This document shows positions 17,581-20,000 of a stretch of DNA of 20,000 nucleotides, one piece after another. The DNA lies in IMG/VR virus record IMGVR_UViG_3300027724_000009; one strand, 5' to 3'. Numbering within the stretch: the stretch's first letter is position 1; each line of letters begins with the position of its first letter. The stretch comes from an uncultured virus (IMG/VR IMGVR_UViG_3300027724_000009). Its lineage: Duplodnaviria; Heunggongvirae; Uroviricota; Caudoviricetes. A model generated the notes under the pieces. It had not been told where the DNA came from. It ran no database searches and saw nothing but the letters and a program-made list of their open reading frames with translations. The position numbers and the translations under genes are program-made.

Positions 17581-17748
17581 ATGGAACACACAAACAAAAT
17601 TGCAGTAAAAATTATAATAGAAGAATTTGACGATTACAAAAATAATCCTGAAAATCAATGGCATTATGACAGAGAATACAAGATGATAGTGAAAGCATTG
17701 GAAGAACAGGAAAAGTTGAATAAACATGATAGTATGATAATTTTATAA
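17581..17748 (+). CDS. Hypothetical protein (55 aa, not in ORF track)
   Basis: MEHTNKIAVKIIIEEFDDYKNNPENQWHYDREYKMIVKALEEQEKLNKHDSMIIL*; its TAA stop is the TAAC core of the first hairpin site. Confidence 0.6.
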   Translation: MEHTNKIAVKIIIEEFDDYKNNPENQWHYDREYKMIVKALEEQEKLNKHDSMIIL

Positions 17749-17884
17749 CGCCGTTTTCGGGCTTTGTGCAGGTGGGGAAATCGAAGCCGAAATGTTCAGC
17801 CCACCACTAAACTTAAATTGAAAAACAAATGATGAATACAGTAGAAAGCCCCACTTGCACAAAACCGATGTTAGGCGTAGTGCT
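17746..17884. repeat. attC-like hairpin site 1
   Basis: TAAC (17746); arms CGGGCTTTGTGCAGGTGGGG (17758-17777) and CCCCACTTGCACAAAACCG (17849-17867); GTTAGGC (17870-17876) matches GTTRRRY. Confidence 0.75.
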
Positions 17885-18614
17885 TTTGGAAGATTGCCTT
17901 ACAACGATGGGAAAGCTAACCGACAATTCCGTTGATTTGATAATTACTTCTCCACCTTATAACAAAGCTGGTTACGAAGGTTTTATCCGTAAAAGACACG
18001 AAAAAGATAGTTGGAGCAAAGGCAGAAATATTGAGTATGGCGGTGAAGCGGATAACGACTTTATGATTGAAGCCGAATATCAAGAGCAACAAATAAAGGT
18101 GCTTAATGAAATGCACAGAATATTGAAACCAAACGGAAGTGTATTTTACAACCACAAAGTTAGGGTGGCACAACACAAAGCATCACATCCGATTGAATGG
18201 ATATTAAAAAGCAACTTTACTTTTAGACAGCAAATAATTTGGGATAGAAAAAATAGCCCTGCGGTTGCACCTATTAGATATTTGCCTAATACAGAGTTGA
18301 TTTTTTGGCTAACTAAAACACCTTGCCAACCTAACTTTGAAAGAGCAAAAGCACCTTTATTTGTTGGTGAAGTATGGCAGTTTTCGGCTAAACCTAATCC
18401 GCTTCATCCTGCGCCATTTCCAGAAGAATTGCCAACTAATATTATGATGTGTATTAAGGATAAAACCGAAGATTTTGTAGTGTATGACCCTTATGCTGGA
18501 ACAGGAACAACCTTAAAGGTAGCGAGGTCATTTGGACTTAAATACTTTGGTAGCGAAATAAATTCAAACTATTGTCGGTTAGCTAACGAAACTTTGAATG
18601 GAACGCTGTTTTAG
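17829..18614 (+). CDS. DNA methyltransferase, beta class N4-C/N6-A
   Basis: VDLIITSPPYN (motif IV) precedes HPAPFPEEL and VYDPYAGTGTT (motif I). Confidence 0.92.
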   Translation: MMNTVESPTCTKPMLGVVLLEDCLTTMGKLTDNSVDLIITSPPYNKAGYEGFIRKRHEKDSWSKGRNIEYGGEADNDFMIEAEYQEQQIKVLNEMHRILKPNGSVFYNHKVRVAQHKASHPIEWILKSNFTFRQQIIWDRKNSPAVAPIRYLPNTELIFWLTKTPCQPNFERAKAPLFVGEVWQFSAKPNPLHPAPFPEELPTNIMMCIKDKTEDFVVYDPYAGTGTTLKVARSFGLKYFGSEINSNYCRLANETLNGTLF

Positions 18615-18649
18615 CATTACGCCTAACAAAGCGATTGGCGCAGTGCGAA
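18613..18649. repeat. attC-like site 2 (truncated/degenerate)
   Basis: AGCATTACGCCTAAC (RYYYAAC core at 18621-18627), then only AAAGCG-ATTGGCGCAGTGCGAA with no long stem. Confidence 0.55.
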
Positions 18650-18673
18650 TTTTAACAACAAAATTTAAATAGA

Positions 18674-18907
18674 ATGGAAGACCAAAAGTATTACCAAAAA
18701 CAAAGAGAGGCTATTTTGAATGATAGCCAAAGAAAAGAACTATTTAAGGCACTATTTGAACTATACGCAAATGCAATGCCGATAGCTTTAAAAAAAGATG
18801 ACGGAACAGTTATATGTTCTTATTCTGATAAAGTAGAAGAATTAGCCGAAAAGATAAGAGAGCAAATACGATTAAGGGATAATCAAGTTTTCGAAGCACA
18901 TTCGTAG
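18674..18907 (+). CDS. Hypothetical protein (77 aa)
   Basis: ORF with A-rich leader lying between sites 2 and 3. Confidence 0.7.
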   Translation: MEDQKYYQKQREAILNDSQRKELFKALFELYANAMPIALKKDDGTVICSYSDKVEELAEKIREQIRLRDNQVFEAHS

Positions 18908-18913
18908 TATTGG

Positions 18914-19051
18914 TGCTAACGTTGAAGCTATGACCAGTAAAGTATTACGGGCTTCGTACCTGTCAAAATACACCGATGCTGATGCGAGCTACAATGCTGA
19001 ATTAACCACTAAAAACTTTATTGGTTATAGCTTGTGTTAGCAAATCGGCTT
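18914..19051. repeat. attC-like hairpin site 3
   Basis: TGCTAAC (18914-18920); arms AAGCTATGACCAGTAAAGT (18925-18943) and ACTTTATTGGTTATAGCTT (19015-19033), 17/19 paired; GTTAGCA (19036-19042). Confidence 0.8.
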
Positions 19052-19083
19052 TTTTTTAGTAATTAATTTAAAATCAATTTTAT

Positions 19084-19494
19084 ATGAACAACTTAAATGA
19101 TTTATCAAAACAAATTTACGAAGGAAATAAACTTCGTGGCTTCGATGTTTCAAAAGAAAATATCGGACAAACTTTAATGCTTGTAGTTTCAGAACTTGCT
19201 GAGGCTTTAGAGGCTGACCGAAAAGACAAAAGGAAAATGTTAAATGCCTTTGAACAAGATTTAGGATATGCAAAACTTTCAATTTCAGATTTTGAAACTG
19301 AAAACGAAAATTGCGATTGGTTAAAAAACAGATTTGAAACAACTGTAAAAGATACTTTTGAAGATGAAATTGCAGATTCATTTATTCGCCTTTTCGACCT
19401 ATGTGGTGGTTTAGGAATTGATATTGAAAAACATATTGATTTAAAACTTCGATATAATTCAACTCGCACTTTCAAACATGGTAAGCGGTATTAA
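19084..19494 (+). CDS. MazG-like nucleotide pyrophosphohydrolase
   Basis: LVVSELAEALEA...EDEIADSFIRLFDL (ExxE...ExxD) and GIDIEKHIDLKLRYN. Confidence 0.85.
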   Translation: MNNLNDLSKQIYEGNKLRGFDVSKENIGQTLMLVVSELAEALEADRKDKRKMLNAFEQDLGYAKLSISDFETENENCDWLKNRFETTVKDTFEDEIADSFIRLFDLCGGLGIDIEKHIDLKLRYNSTRTFKHGKRY

Positions 19495-19566
19495 GCTGTT
19501 TGCTAACGGTTCGCAGCTATACGCAGTTGTGTGTCGGCTTTGTGCGGTGGGGAAATTGCGTATAGC
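19493..19566. repeat. attC-like hairpin site 4a (right core missing)
   Basis: TGCTAAC (19501-19507); arms GCTATACGCAGTT (19516-19528) and AATTGCGTATAGC (19554-19566), 12/13 paired. Confidence 0.7.
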
Positions 19567-19694
19567 GTTTTCGGGCTTGGCGAAGTGGCTGAACCCGAAC
19601 TTAAATAGAATTACAAAACTTAATAATTAAAAACGAATGATTGATAGAATTACTGAACAGCCATTTTGCCAAACCCGTGTTATGTGCAGGGCGG
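19561..19694. repeat. attC-like hairpin site 4b
   Basis: TAGC in place of TAAC; arms CGGGCTTGGCGAAGTGGCTG (19572-19591) and CAGCCATTTTGCCAAACCCG (19658-19677), 17/20 paired; GTTATGT (19679-19685). Confidence 0.75.
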
Positions 19695-20000
19695 TTGATA
19701 ACCTTGAACTCCTTTTGTCGCAACCTAATGAAAGTGTAGATTTGATTTATTGCGATATTCTTTATGGAACTGGTAGAAATTTCGGAGATTACCAAGACTT
19801 AAAACCGATTAGAAGTGAAATTGAAAGCCACTATTTGCCACGATTAAAAGAAATGCACCGAGTATTGAAAAGTACAGGAAGTATTTATTTACAAATGGAT
19901 ACTAAAATAAACCATTGGATTAGATGCTTAATGGATGAAGTTTTTGAATATGGTAATTTTAGAAATGAAATAATTTGGTGCTATTCGGGTGGTGGAAGAA
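19637..20000 (+). CDS. Second beta-class DNA methyltransferase, 3' truncated by window (not in ORF track)
   Basis: MIDRITEQPFCQTRVMCRAVDNLELLLSQPNESVDLIYCDILYGTG...PRLKEMHRVLKSTGSIYLQMD...FRNEIIWCY. Confidence 0.85.
   Translation, partial: MIDRITEQPFCQTRVMCRAVDNLELLLSQPNESVDLIYCDILYGTGRNFGDYQDLKPIRSEIESHYLPRLKEMHRVLKSTGSIYLQMDTKINHWIRCLMDEVFEYGNFRNEIIWCYSGGGR

Larger units (their letters stand above)
1..20000 (+). mobile_element. Contractile-tailed phage/prophage segment, probable Bacteroidota host
   Basis: Co-oriented baseplate, tail, lysis, replication and methylase genes; Bacteroidota-type promoter motifs; no host housekeeping genes; no ends or att sites visible. Confidence 0.93.

Noticed and set aside
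17715..17749. Degenerate extra site or empty cassette at the end of the 55-aa ORF
   Set aside because: There is no intact GTTA core and no partner arm was found.
17746..19694. CRISPR array or plain terminators
   Set aside because: The elements are not identical direct repeats, they are separated by whole genes, their loops are long, and most lack a U-tract right after the stem.
275..19795. Minus-strand ORFs in the track
   Set aside because: All overlap better-supported + strand genes and show no recognisable motifs.
1..20000. Alternative genetic code, or a non-phage contractile injection system
   Set aside because: Genes tile densely under the standard code, and the linked replication and recombination genes indicate a true phage.

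Overview
Segment of a contractile-tailed (myovirus-like) phage or prophage genome with all credible genes on the + strand. The host is probably a member of Bacteroidota, judged from TTTG...TAnnTTTG promoters and A-rich leaders lacking Shine-Dalgarno sites. Positions 1-11151 are late genes: baseplate spike, gp25-like wedge, baseplate J/gp6-like, gpI-like, tail-fibre-like genes interrupted by a free-standing GIY-YIG endonuclease, a lysis cassette (amidase_3 plus two membrane proteins) and a further long fibre. Positions 11342-17575 are recombination and replication genes: HARP-SNF2 helicase, Sak4-like ATPase, PD-(D/E)XK nuclease, NinB-like protein, replication initiator and DnaC-like loader. The most striking feature runs from 17746 to the window end. 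Accessory genes there (two DNA methyltransferases, a MazG-like protein, one hypothetical) are separated by TAAC...GTTA-bounded hairpins resembling integron attC sites, and the two ends of each gene unit are mutually complementary, as in integron cassettes. In two cases the start codon lies inside the hairpin. No integrase is present in the window. A second candidate system is a small RNA at about 11188-11295 that is complementary to the predicted 5' ends of the two replication-region transcripts. All protein family calls come from motif recognition by eye, not from database searches.
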